Translations under genes and position numbers: made by a program
Notes under the pieces: generated by a model
The model's input: only the letters and a program-made list of their open reading frames with translations
Databases searched by the model: none
What the model was told of the DNA's origin: nothing
Shown: positions 48,709-59,058 of the stretch, piece after piece
Layout: each line of letters opens with the position of its first letter
How positions within the stretch are numbered: position 1 is the stretch's first letter
Assembly: GCA_947166445.1 (NCBI GenBank)
Contig: CAMVED010000006.1
Span: 1-60,441, forward strand
Origin: an uncultured Mycoplasmatota bacterium
Lineage (GTDB): Bacteria > Bacillota_I > Bacilli_A > RF39 > UBA660
Reading direction: 5' to 3'
Length of the DNA stretch: 60,441 nucleotides

Positions 48709-50679
48709 ATGTCACTAGTAAAAGTTGGAAAAGTAATCAAGGACTATAGTATAGATATAAAAACTATAAACAATATTAAATCGTTAGGGCTTGATATGAT
48801 CAACACTGCGAAATCAGGGCATCCTGGTATAGTGCTCGGAGCAGCACCAATTATTTATAGACTATACAACAATCACTTAGTATTTGATAATAATAATCCA
48901 AACTGGATAAATAGAGACAGATTCATAATGTCAGCAGGTCATGGCTCTGCACTTTTATATGCAACACTTTTCATGAGTGGATTTGATCTAACAATTAACG
49001 ATTTAAAAGAGTTCAGAAAATATGGTTCTAAAACTCCGGGACATCCAGAAGTGAATACCACACCTGGAGTTGATTGTTCAACCGGACCATTAGGACAAGG
49101 CTTGGCAACTGCAGTAGGTATGGCAATTGGGGAAACTTATTTAAATCAAAAGTTTAAATATTTAAAATCAAGTTTAATAGATCATTATACATACGTGTTA
49201 TGTGGAGATGGTGACCTAATGGAAGGAATAAGCACAGAAGCAGCATCACTCGCAGGTTCTCTATCTTTAGGTAAACTAATAGTATTATATGATTCAAATA
49301 ATATAAGTTTAGATGGAACAACTACAGGAGTATTCGATGAAAATGTTTTAAAAAAATATAGAGCAATGGGCTGGGATACCCATCTTTTAGAAGACCCTTA
49401 TAATTTCGAGGAATTTGATCGGTTAATAGAAAAATCTAAAAAAACTGTTGATAAACCATCAATAATAAAAATAAATACAGTAATAGGAAAAGATTCAAAA
49501 TATCAAAACACAAACATAGTTCATGGTAAACCTTTAACAAAAGAAGATTTAAAAAGAGTAAAGAAAAAATTAGGAATTAGAGATATTCCATATACAGTAT
49601 TGAGCGATTCGTATAGTTATATGAAAAAATGTATTGATGAAAGAAATAATGCTGCCATATCAAAATGGAAAAAAACATGTGAAAGACTAAGACAAAAACT
49701 AGATAAAAAAGTCATAGAAGAATATGATAGTTTTTTGATAGATAAACCAATTAATATAGAAGAGATAAATGAAAATAGAAAGTATACTGGTAGAGAATTA
49801 GCACATATCTTATTAAACAAGCTAAATAAGAAAAATATACTTTGTTTACAGACAGATACAAGTAATTCTACAAAAATATATTTTGATAAAGAAAATAGTT
49901 TTTCAAAAAAGAACAGAATTGGTAAAAACATAAAATGCGGAGTAAGAGAATTAGGAACAACTGCAATTCAAAATGGGTTAGCCTTAATGAATATAAAAAC
50001 TATATCTTCAGGATTTTTATCGTTTTCTAATTACATGATACCAAGCATAAGAATGGCTAGTTTAATGAAACTAAATACAGTATACATATTCACCCATGAT
50101 AGTGTTTTAATTGGAGAAGATGGTCCAACTCATCAACCTATAGAACAAATTGATCAGTTAAGACTTATTCCTGGAATAACATTATTTAGACCATGTGATA
50201 TAAATGAAACAATTGACGCTTTTAATTACTCATTTAATAGCGATAAGCCATGTGTTATAGTAATAAGTAAAGATAACTTGTCATCATATGAAAAACATGA
50301 TTATATTTTAAAAGATGACAAAGATTTTGAAATATCGATAATTGCAAGTGGTACAGAAGTAGAACTAGCTATGCAAGTTAGTAAAGCATTAGAAAAGCAT
50401 ATGATTAAATCTAGAGTAGTATCTATTCCTTCGATAGAGTTATTTGATAAAGAAAATAAAGAAACACAAGAAAAAATACTACCAAAGAACAAACTAAAGG
50501 TAGTACTTGAATTATCTACTTGTAATAGCTATTACAAATATTTATCACAAGATGATTTAGTATTTAATATAAAAAATTTTATGAAAAGTGGAAACAAGTA
50601 TTCAATAGTTCATAGATTAAACTATGATGTTGATTCCATTACTAAAAAAATAACTATAAGCATTAAGCAAAAAATGTAG
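48709..50679 (+). CDS. tkt: Transketolase
   Basis: SGHPG, SAGHGS, PGHPE, GDGDLMEG, GVRE and THDS..GEDGPTHQP motifs. Confidence 0.93.
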   Translation: MSLVKVGKVIKDYSIDIKTINNIKSLGLDMINTAKSGHPGIVLGAAPIIYRLYNNHLVFDNNNPNWINRDRFIMSAGHGSALLYATLFMSGFDLTINDLKEFRKYGSKTPGHPEVNTTPGVDCSTGPLGQGLATAVGMAIGETYLNQKFKYLKSSLIDHYTYVLCGDGDLMEGISTEAASLAGSLSLGKLIVLYDSNNISLDGTTTGVFDENVLKKYRAMGWDTHLLEDPYNFEEFDRLIEKSKKTVDKPSIIKINTVIGKDSKYQNTNIVHGKPLTKEDLKRVKKKLGIRDIPYTVLSDSYSYMKKCIDERNNAAISKWKKTCERLRQKLDKKVIEEYDSFLIDKPINIEEINENRKYTGRELAHILLNKLNKKNILCLQTDTSNSTKIYFDKENSFSKKNRIGKNIKCGVRELGTTAIQNGLALMNIKTISSGFLSFSNYMIPSIRMASLMKLNTVYIFTHDSVLIGEDGPTHQPIEQIDQLRLIPGITLFRPCDINETIDAFNYSFNSDKPCVIVISKDNLSSYEKHDYILKDDKDFEISIIASGTEVELAMQVSKALEKHMIKSRVVSIPSIELFDKENKETQEKILPKNKLKVVLELSTCNSYYKYLSQDDLVFNIKNFMKSGNKYSIVHRLNYDVDSITKKITISIKQKM

Positions 50680-51034
50680 GAGCATTAGATTGCTCTTTTT
50701 GTATATTAGTAGTAGAACCAGTGTTTGTTTGCGCTTTAGTAGGAGTAGTATCATTACTATTTAAACCTTTGACAACTCTAAACATTGTTCTCGCATTATT
50801 CCAAATAGGTTTAACTTGATAAAAAACAGGAATAGCTTGATTAATTACTCCTAAAGTTTTACTAGCACCATTTAAAATGTTAGAAAAAGTTACTTTAGAA
50901 GCACCGGCGGTTGCTCCAACAGCACCTCTACCAAATAAAGAACTAATTCTAGGAACCGGTGCAATATAATTTGGGGTCATTGGCATGCTTCTAATAAAAG
51001 CTGAGTTTGGTATAAAATTATAACCATTGTTCAT
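50663..51034 (-). CDS. YqfQ/VrrA-like sporulation-associated protein
   Basis: Gly/Pro-rich N-terminus; ILNGASKTLGVINQAIP...VKPIWNNARTMFR. Upstream CATACATT -10 (51053-51060, minus strand). Confidence 0.65.
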   Translation of the reverse strand: MNNGYNFIPNSAFIRSMPMTPNYIAPVPRISSLFGRGAVGATAGASKVTFSNILNGASKTLGVINQAIPVFYQVKPIWNNARTMFRVVKGLNSNDTTPTKAQTNTGSTTNIQKEQSNAPTFFA

Positions 51035-51159
51035 AGAAAAACCTCCTAATATAATGTATGTGTAAACATTGAAAAAGAAACAAGAATTTTAAGCTTTAAT
51101 CATTGACTATATAAAGTATATAAGTTAAAATATATTATATAATAGTGGAGGTGTGTAAG

Positions 51160-52503
51160 ATGGAAAATCAAAATAGTAACACAGTAGAACAACAACAAAC
51201 TACGCAAAATACTAGTACTAATACAACTCCTTCTAATAGTCAAAAAACTGCAAAGAACAAAGAAGGGTTAAAAGCTACTGCAGCAATGCAAAATAAAAGA
51301 AAGCGTTTCAAATATAAAGCACAAAATAATAAGGGTAAACAAATTGTTGGTTATTTAGATGCTTATAATCAAACAGAAGTTACATCATATTTAAAAAATG
51401 AAGGATATAAAATATTAAAAATTGAAGAAGTAAGTCAACTTTTAAATATGGAAATCGGAGGAACAAAACTAAGTTATGCAGAATTAGCATTTTTGTTAAC
51501 TCAATTATCTACATATCTTAAAGCAGGTATTCCTTTAATTGATTCAATAAAAATTCTTGAAAGGCAAACTCAAAAACCCTCTAAAAAAAGAATATATTCT
51601 AATATAGTATATGAATTGTCAAAAGGTGAATCATTTTCAAGCAGTTTAACTGCGCAAGGCAATACTTTTCCGCCTCTTTTAATAAACATGGTAAAAACTG
51701 CAGAACTTACTGGTGATTTGCCAGAAATACTAGATGATATGCGTGATTATTATGAATCAATTGATAGAACAAGGAAAGAAGCTATAAGTTCCATGATTTA
51801 TCCATCAATACTATTTGTATTTGCTATTGCAGTACTTGTATTTATCTTAACGTGGGTAATACCATCATTTGTGACATTGTTTCAACAACAAAATGCCAAA
51901 TTGCCTACAATGACAAAAATAGTGTTAGGTGCAAGTAATTTTTTAACCACTAAAAAATATTGGATAATAGGCACTATATTAGTGATAACATTAACATTTA
52001 TACTTTTATATAAATATTCAAAACCATTTAGAAAAACAATGCAAACTATTGGTATGAAATTACCAGGATTTGGGAACATAATTATATATAGAGAAGTAAC
52101 AATGTTTACAAAAACATTTGCTTCACTTCTAAATCATAATGTATTCATAACAGATTCAATGGAAATACTAAGATCTGTATCTAGTAATGAAATTTTTAAA
52201 GAAATAATAAATGAATCATTAGTGCTATTATCAAAAGGAGCAAAAATAAGTGATGCCTTTGAAGATAAATGGGCATTTCCGGTTGTTGCATACGAAATGT
52301 TAGTAACTGGTGAAAATACAGGTAGACTTCCTATGATGATGAGTTATGTTGCAGATTATTATGGAGATTTACATGCCAATCTAGTAAAAAGAATAAATAC
52401 ATTTATAGAACCAATACTTATTATAATTATTGCCATTATTGTTGGTATAGTAGTTGTATCAGTAGTAATGCCAATGTTTGATTTCTATGGAACAGTTTTA
52501 TAG
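51160..52503 (+). CDS. pilC: Type IV pilus platform protein PilC (T2SS-F family)
   Basis: FKYKA, QLSTYLKAGIPL, AELTGDL, SMIYP, GENTGRL and IEP motifs. Confidence 0.92.
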   Translation: MENQNSNTVEQQQTTQNTSTNTTPSNSQKTAKNKEGLKATAAMQNKRKRFKYKAQNNKGKQIVGYLDAYNQTEVTSYLKNEGYKILKIEEVSQLLNMEIGGTKLSYAELAFLLTQLSTYLKAGIPLIDSIKILERQTQKPSKKRIYSNIVYELSKGESFSSSLTAQGNTFPPLLINMVKTAELTGDLPEILDDMRDYYESIDRTRKEAISSMIYPSILFVFAIAVLVFILTWVIPSFVTLFQQQNAKLPTMTKIVLGASNFLTTKKYWIIGTILVITLTFILLYKYSKPFRKTMQTIGMKLPGFGNIIIYREVTMFTKTFASLLNHNVFITDSMEILRSVSSNEIFKEIINESLVLLSKGAKISDAFEDKWAFPVVAYEMLVTGENTGRLPMMMSYVADYYGDLHANLVKRINTFIEPILIIIIAIIVGIVVVSVVMPMFDFYGTVL

Positions 52504-53266
52504 TATATATTTTACAATTGCGTTCCTAATTATAGGATTAATATTTGGTTCATTCTATAATGTAGTGGGGTTGAGGTTATCAAAGAAAGAGAGTTTAATA
52601 TTTCCAGCAAGTCATTGTCCAAAGTGCAATCACAAATTGAAACCATATGAACTTATTCCAGTGTTCTCTTATATTTTTCTAAAAGGGAAATGTAAGAAAT
52701 GCAAAGAGCCAATAAGTATAATGTATCCTATTGTAGAATTATGTACAGGAATACTTTTTGCAGTAAGTTTTTATAAATATGGGTTTAGTACAGATTTTAT
52801 ATTAGCTTTGTTATTATCTTCATTATTAATGATAATAGTAGTAACAGATTTAAATTTTTATATAATTCCAGATAGTATAACAATAGCATTTGGATTATTA
52901 ATCTTTATTTATAACATAATTTCAAAAGGAATATTAGATGCATGTACTTATGCGGTTTATGGTTTAATAATGTTTGGATTAATGTATGCTTTAATGATGT
53001 TTGGTAATGCCCTTTTTAAAAAAGAATCTTTAGGAGGAGGGGATATCAAACTAATGGGAATACTAGGTATGATTAATAAACCTATAGTATCTATTTCATC
53101 ACTTACGATATCTGCTTTTATAGCATTACCATGCTCTATATATTTTTTAAAAAAGAATAAGGATAAAACAATTCCGTTTGGGCCATTTTTAGTAATAGGT
53201 TTTATACTTATAATGTTTTTAGGAATAGATACTCAAGATATAATAGATTTTTTAACTAGAGCGTAA
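52487..53266 (+). CDS. pilD: Prepilin peptidase/methylase
   Basis: GSFYNVV, SHCPKC, GKCKKC, GGGDIKL and PFGPFL motifs. Confidence 0.95.
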   Translation: MEQFYSIYFTIAFLIIGLIFGSFYNVVGLRLSKKESLIFPASHCPKCNHKLKPYELIPVFSYIFLKGKCKKCKEPISIMYPIVELCTGILFAVSFYKYGFSTDFILALLLSSLLMIIVVTDLNFYIIPDSITIAFGLLIFIYNIISKGILDACTYAVYGLIMFGLMYALMMFGNALFKKESLGGGDIKLMGILGMINKPIVSISSLTISAFIALPCSIYFLKKNKDKTIPFGPFLVIGFILIMFLGIDTQDIIDFLTRA

Positions 53267-53277
53267 GCTCTTTTTTT

Positions 53278-53454
53278 TTATGTATATATTATCATTGCAC
53301 TAAAACAATATATTTGCTCCTCAGAAAAGATTGATGTACTCACTTCATACTTTATATCAATTACTTCCTTGTCATCATCAAGTTCTTCTAAAAAACCATT
53401 TACTTTTTCTTCTAAATCCTTTTCATGTCCTTCATCAAATATTTTTACTTTCAT
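53278..53454 (-). CDS. Cse60/DUF2758-like sporulation protein
   Basis: MKVKIFDEGHEKDLE..VN.FL....VIDIKY.....EQIYCFSAMIIY. Confidence 0.8.
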   Translation of the reverse strand: MKVKIFDEGHEKDLEEKVNGFLEELDDDKEVIDIKYEVSTSIFSEEQIYCFSAMIIYT

Positions 53455-53570
53455 ATATATCACCAATTTTTATTTTAATAAAAAAAAGCATAAAATTTGT
53501 AGAATAATCTTGCCAAATTATTTAAATTAACTATAATAATTAGATATAGTTTTTTGATGAGGAGGAGATT

Positions 53571-55925
53571 ATGAATAACAAAAAATTACCTGTTTTAGTG
53601 CTTAAAAATATAATACTTTTTCCTCACAGTGAAATTAGACTTGAACTTGAAAACGATAAAGATAAAGAGCTTATATCTTTAGCAGATTCATACTATAATA
53701 AACATATTTTAATAATTCATCCTGAAGATGCACTTGAAGATTCTATAGATAAAACTAGTTTTCCTAGGATTGGAGTAATAGGTTACATTAACATGAAACT
53801 TGATCTCCCTAACAATCGAACTAGAATAGTAATAAGAGGACTTGATAGAGTAAAAGTTTTATCGTTTGTAGAAGAAACTGGCGGCACTAAAGTATCCTCA
53901 TTTGAAGAAGTTAAAAAGTCAGAACTTTCTCTTTCTGAACAAATGGCATATTCGCGCAGTTTAATAAAACAAACTGAGTATTATATAGAACATTGTCCTG
54001 GTGTCAGTAATAGTATATTATCTGATATCCTTGGTGTTAACGACATAGATAAAATAACAGATATTCTTACTATGTTTATCCCTGGAACATATGAAAGAAA
54101 AATCGAGTACTTAAATGAAACATCAGCCACCACTAGAGCAATGATGCTTTTAGATGATATTAATATGGAAATATCAGTTACAGATTTAGAACAAGAAATA
54201 GAAGACAGAGTATCTTTTGAACTAGATAAAACACAAAGAGAATATATCCTAAATGAAAAAATAAAAGTAATGAAGGATGAACTTGGAGAAGGTTATGATA
54301 AAGATAGAGAAATAAACGATTTAAAAAACAAACTAAATAATCCTAATATTCCTAACTATATAAAGAAAAAATTAGAAGTAGAAATAAAAAGATATGAAGC
54401 AATTCCTGCAATGTCTTCAGAAATAGGAATGTTAAAAACATATATTGATACATTGTTTTCGCTTCCTTGGGGTGAATATACTGAAGATAATAAAGATTTA
54501 GTTTCTGCTAAAGAAAAACTTGATAGTACTCATTATGGATTATTTGACCTAAAGGAAAGAATTATAGAGTATCTAGCACTTACTCAAATGACTAATGGAT
54601 TAAATAATCCAATTATTTGTTTTGTAGGTCCTCCAGGGGTAGGCAAAACTACATTTGCTAAAAGTATTGCAGATGCTATAGGAAGACGTTATGTAAAAAT
54701 ATCTGTCGGAGGAGTAAACGATGAAGCAGATATAGTAGGACATAGAAGAGCTTATATTGGCTCTAGTCCTGGTAAGATAATAGATGGAATGAAAAGAGCA
54801 GGAGTTTCTAATCCGGTATTTGTTATCGACGAAATCGATAAGATGACAAAAGATATAAAAGGAGATCCAGCCTCAAGTTTACTTGAAGTTCTTGATAAGG
54901 AGCAAAACAAATACTTTGTAGACCATTATATTGAAGAACAATTTGATTTATCAAAAGTAATGTTTATACTTACTGCTAATTATATTGAAAGAATTCCTGA
55001 AGAGTTAAGAGATAGATTAGAAATAATAGAAATATCTAGTTATACAGAATATGAAAAATTCAATATTTGTAAAAACTATATTATTCCAAATGGTATAAAA
55101 AAACATGGACTTGAAGATTACAATGTAACATTTACAGATGAAGCAATATTTAAAATAATTAGAAATTATACTAAAGAAGCTGGTGTAAGAGAGTTAGAAA
55201 GAAAAGTATATGCTATTTTTAGAAAACTAATTAAAAAAATAGTAGTAGAAAAACAAGAATCATTAAATATAATAGATGTAGGTATAATAAAAGAATTGCT
55301 TGGCAATGAAATATATACAGACACTATAAATATCTCAAAAGAAAGTGTTGGAATAGTAAACGGAATGAGTTATACAATTTATGGCGGAGACATTCTAAAA
55401 ATAGAAGTCAACTACTATGAAGGAGATGGTAAGATTATTACCACAGGAAGTCTCGGTAATGTTTTTATAGAAAGTGCTAAAATTGCTCTTAGTTATATTA
55501 AAAGTAATTATAAAAAGTTTAATATTGATTATGAAAAACTTTCTAAAAGCGATATCCATATACATGTTCCTGAAGGAGCAGTAAAGAAGGATGGCCCTAG
55601 TGCAGGTATAACTATAACAACAGCAATTATAAGTGCCTTCACCAACTTAAAAATAAATAGTAATATTTCGATGACTGGAGAAATAACTCTAAGAGGTGAT
55701 ATACTTCCAGTCGGAGGGTTAAAAGAAAAAATAATTGGGGCCAAAAAAGCAGGAATAAAGAAAATATTTATTCCCGAAGGAAATGAATCAGAAGTCAAAT
55801 CTTTTGATAAAGAAATAACATCTGGTATTAGATTTATATATGTTAATAACTATTTACAAGTATTTGAAAATTTAAACTTAAAAAAAGCAATAAGAAAGCA
55901 AATAAGAACTACTATCAAAAGGTAG
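53571..55925 (+). CDS. lon: Lon protease
   Basis: LON N-domain; GPPGVGKT, DEIDK, KDGPSAG and VGGLKEK motifs. Confidence 0.96.
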   Translation: MNNKKLPVLVLKNIILFPHSEIRLELENDKDKELISLADSYYNKHILIIHPEDALEDSIDKTSFPRIGVIGYINMKLDLPNNRTRIVIRGLDRVKVLSFVEETGGTKVSSFEEVKKSELSLSEQMAYSRSLIKQTEYYIEHCPGVSNSILSDILGVNDIDKITDILTMFIPGTYERKIEYLNETSATTRAMMLLDDINMEISVTDLEQEIEDRVSFELDKTQREYILNEKIKVMKDELGEGYDKDREINDLKNKLNNPNIPNYIKKKLEVEIKRYEAIPAMSSEIGMLKTYIDTLFSLPWGEYTEDNKDLVSAKEKLDSTHYGLFDLKERIIEYLALTQMTNGLNNPIICFVGPPGVGKTTFAKSIADAIGRRYVKISVGGVNDEADIVGHRRAYIGSSPGKIIDGMKRAGVSNPVFVIDEIDKMTKDIKGDPASSLLEVLDKEQNKYFVDHYIEEQFDLSKVMFILTANYIERIPEELRDRLEIIEISSYTEYEKFNICKNYIIPNGIKKHGLEDYNVTFTDEAIFKIIRNYTKEAGVRELERKVYAIFRKLIKKIVVEKQESLNIIDVGIIKELLGNEIYTDTINISKESVGIVNGMSYTIYGGDILKIEVNYYEGDGKIITTGSLGNVFIESAKIALSYIKSNYKKFNIDYEKLSKSDIHIHVPEGAVKKDGPSAGITITTAIISAFTNLKINSNISMTGEITLRGDILPVGGLKEKIIGAKKAGIKKIFIPEGNESEVKSFDKEITSGIRFIYVNNYLQVFENLNLKKAIRKQIRTTIKR

Positions 55926-55984
55926 CTTATTTGTTTTTTGTTATGTTTTGTGTTAAAATGATGTAGTACTGATGAGGTGATCTT

Positions 55985-56815
55985 ATGAAAGAAGTTATTA
56001 TAGACGCTTTAATTGATTCGATAAAACTACTGCCATTTTTACTTATAGCATTTTTATTAATTGAATTATTTGAACACAAATTTAATAAAAAAAACAAGGA
56101 AAAACTTTCAAAATCTAATAAATTTGGACCAGTATTGGGTAGCATACTAGGAATTATTCCTCAATGTGGTTTTAGTGTAATGGCTACCAATTTATACGCT
56201 ACTAGAATAATTACATTAGGAACTTTAATATCCGTATATTTATCAACTAGTGATGAAATGATTCCTATTTTAATAGCAGAAAAAGCCCCTCTAGATTTAA
56301 TGATAAAGATTCTTGCAATAAAACTATTAATTGGAATAGTATGTGGTATATTTATAGACTTATTAATAAAAAGAAAAACCAAAGAAGATTATCATATTTG
56401 TGAAGAAGAGCATTGCAATTGTGATGATGAACATTTTTTTAAAGCAGCTTTAAAACATACATTTAATATATTTATATTTATACTTATATGTACATTAATA
56501 ATAAATATGATAATGGAATATGGTGGAAACAATCTATTAAATAAAATACTTTTAAAACACAATATATTTGCACCTTTCTTAACAAGCTTAATAGGATTAA
56601 TTCCAAACTGTGCTGCTTCAGTAGTATTAACTGAACTATACTTAAATAATGCTATAACTTTTGCAGCTCTAATATCGGGCCTATTAACAGGGGCGGGAAT
56701 TGGTATATTAGTATTATTCAAAACAAATAAAAATAAAAAAGAAAATGTACAAATATTACTAACAATTTATCTAATAGGATCATTGATAGGTTTATTAATG
56801 GAATTATTTATTTAA
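55985..56815 (+). CDS. Putative metal (Mn/As-type) permease
   Basis: Repeated G.IPQCG/G.IPNCA, STSDE and a His/Cys loop HICEEEHCNCDDEH. Confidence 0.75.
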   Translation: MKEVIIDALIDSIKLLPFLLIAFLLIELFEHKFNKKNKEKLSKSNKFGPVLGSILGIIPQCGFSVMATNLYATRIITLGTLISVYLSTSDEMIPILIAEKAPLDLMIKILAIKLLIGIVCGIFIDLLIKRKTKEDYHICEEEHCNCDDEHFFKAALKHTFNIFIFILICTLIINMIMEYGGNNLLNKILLKHNIFAPFLTSLIGLIPNCAASVVLTELYLNNAITFAALISGLLTGAGIGILVLFKTNKNKKENVQILLTIYLIGSLIGLLMELFI

Positions 56816-56868
56816 GAAGGCTAGTCCTTCTTTTTTCTTTTTGATATAATAACTATAAGGAGGAAACT

Positions 56869-59031
56869 ATGGTTTGTGATTGTTTAGTAGAATTAGCCCA
56901 TGTCTTTTTTGATAAAACATTTACTTATCTAATACCAGAAGAATTACAAGATAGTATAAAAGTTGGTATGAGAGTAAAGGTACCATTCGGTAAACAAGTA
57001 TTAGAAGGTTTTGTTATGTCAATTTCTAATAAAAAAGAGGATGAAAAGCTAAAAAAAATAATCTCATTAGTTGATTCCTATCCAGTATTAAATGAAGAAC
57101 TTTTACGCTTAGGTAAAGTGTTACAATTTATGACTATGTCTTCTTTAATGTCTTGTTACCAAGCTATGCTTCCCAAAGCTTTAAAAGCAAAAGAAAAAGT
57201 AAACATCAATATAAAGAAAAATAAATATATGCTATTAAATGATATAAATACAGATGACATAAAATTAAATGAGTCTCAACAAAAAATAATTAATTGTTTA
57301 ATAGAAAAAAAGAAAGTATTAAAAACAGAACTTAATAAAATATCAGAAAGTAGCGTAAAAACTCTTTTAAAAAAAGAAATATTAACAGAAGTAGAAGAAG
57401 AAGTTTATAGATATAATGTAGAGAAAAAAGAAAAAAAAGATTTTAATTTAAATAATGATCAAATAGTAGTTTTTAATAGAATAAATATTAGTTTAGATGA
57501 AAATGAAGTATTTTTGTTGCACGGAGTTACAGGCTCAGGCAAAACCAATATATATATAAAATTGATAGATGAAGTAATTAAAAGAGGCAAAAAGGCATTG
57601 TTTTTGGTGCCAGAAATATCTCTAACACCTCAGATTATAAATAGATTCACATCATATTTTGATAATATTGCAGTACTTCATAGTAGATTATCAGATAGTG
57701 AAAAATATGATGAATGGCGAAAAATAAATGAAGAAAAAGTAGATATCGTGATAGGAGCAAGAAGTGCAGTCTTTGCACCATTAAAAGATATAGGTATTAT
57801 TATAATTGATGAAGAACATAGTTCTAGCTACAAACAAGAAAGTACCCCCAGATATAATGCTATAGATATTGCAAAACAAAGAAGTAAGTACCACAATTGT
57901 CCTCTTATATTAGGGAGTGCTACACCCTCTATAGAAACTTATGCTAGAGCCCAAACCAAAGCATATACATTGTTAGAGTTAAAAAATAGATATAATGGAA
58001 TGACTCCCAATGTTGAAATAATTAATATGAATGAAGAGTATAAAAAAACAAATGATTATTTTTCACAAAAACTTATTGATAGCATCAAAGAAACTATAAA
58101 CAATGAAGAACAAATAATACTTTTTTTAAATAAAAGAGGTTATTCATCATTAGTTACATGTTCAAATTGTGGATATACTGAAAAGTGTCCTAATTGCGAC
58201 ATAACCATGACATATCATAAAACTTCTAATATGCTTAGGTGCCATTATTGTGGCTATGCAAGAAAAAAAGAAAAAGAGTGTATCAGTTGCGGTGCATATT
58301 ATAAAGAATATGGATTAGGAACAGAGAAAGTAGAGGAAACACTACAAAAACTAATACCTGAATCCAAAATAATTAGAATGGACGTTGATACTACTACTAG
58401 AAAAAATTCGCATGAGAATATTATCAAGAGTTTTCAGAAAGGAGAATATAATATTCTTCTAGGAACTCAAATGATTGCAAAAGGATTAGATTTTGAAAAT
58501 GTGACTTTGGTAGGAGTAATAAACGCCGATATCAGCCTTAATTTCCCAGATTATAGAAGCAGTGAAACTACATTTGAACTTTTGAATCAAGTATCAGGAA
58601 GAAGTGGGCGAGGAGATAAAAAGGGAAAAGTTCTTATTCAAACATTTAACCCTGAACACTATGCTATTAAATATAGTAGTACTAATGATTATATAGGGTT
58701 TTATAACCAAGAATTATCTATTAGAAAAAAACTTAATTATCCGCCATTTTGTTATATATGTCTAATAAGAATAATATCTAAAGACTATGATAAAGCAAGT
58801 AAAATGAGCTATAAAATAGGAAATTATTTAAAAGAAGAAATAAAAACAGAAACAATTTTAGGACCTGCTACAGCAAATACATTTAAAATTAACAATGAGT
58901 ATAGATTTCAAATAATTCTTAAGTATAAAAATATAAATAATATAAGAAAATATTTATATATGTTAGAAGAAAGATTCTTTAATGATAAAAATATAAAATT
59001 AGAAATAGATTTTAATCCAATAAAACTATAA
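56869..59031 (+). CDS. priA: Primosomal protein N'
   Basis: GVTGSGKT, VPEISLTPQ, DEEH, four CxxC and GTQMIAKGLDF motifs. Confidence 0.97.
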   Translation: MVCDCLVELAHVFFDKTFTYLIPEELQDSIKVGMRVKVPFGKQVLEGFVMSISNKKEDEKLKKIISLVDSYPVLNEELLRLGKVLQFMTMSSLMSCYQAMLPKALKAKEKVNINIKKNKYMLLNDINTDDIKLNESQQKIINCLIEKKKVLKTELNKISESSVKTLLKKEILTEVEEEVYRYNVEKKEKKDFNLNNDQIVVFNRINISLDENEVFLLHGVTGSGKTNIYIKLIDEVIKRGKKALFLVPEISLTPQIINRFTSYFDNIAVLHSRLSDSEKYDEWRKINEEKVDIVIGARSAVFAPLKDIGIIIIDEEHSSSYKQESTPRYNAIDIAKQRSKYHNCPLILGSATPSIETYARAQTKAYTLLELKNRYNGMTPNVEIINMNEEYKKTNDYFSQKLIDSIKETINNEEQIILFLNKRGYSSLVTCSNCGYTEKCPNCDITMTYHKTSNMLRCHYCGYARKKEKECISCGAYYKEYGLGTEKVEETLQKLIPESKIIRMDVDTTTRKNSHENIIKSFQKGEYNILLGTQMIAKGLDFENVTLVGVINADISLNFPDYRSSETTFELLNQVSGRSGRGDKKGKVLIQTFNPEHYAIKYSSTNDYIGFYNQELSIRKKLNYPPFCYICLIRIISKDYDKASKMSYKIGNYLKEEIKTETILGPATANTFKINNEYRFQIILKYKNINNIRKYLYMLEERFFNDKNIKLEIDFNPIKL

Positions 59032-59058
59032 AACCAAGCTAATTATTAGCTTGGTTTT
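59030..59058. terminator. Bidirectional terminator overlapping the pilB stop codon
   Basis: AAAACCAAGCTAAT-T-ATTAGCTTGGTTTT. Confidence 0.8.
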
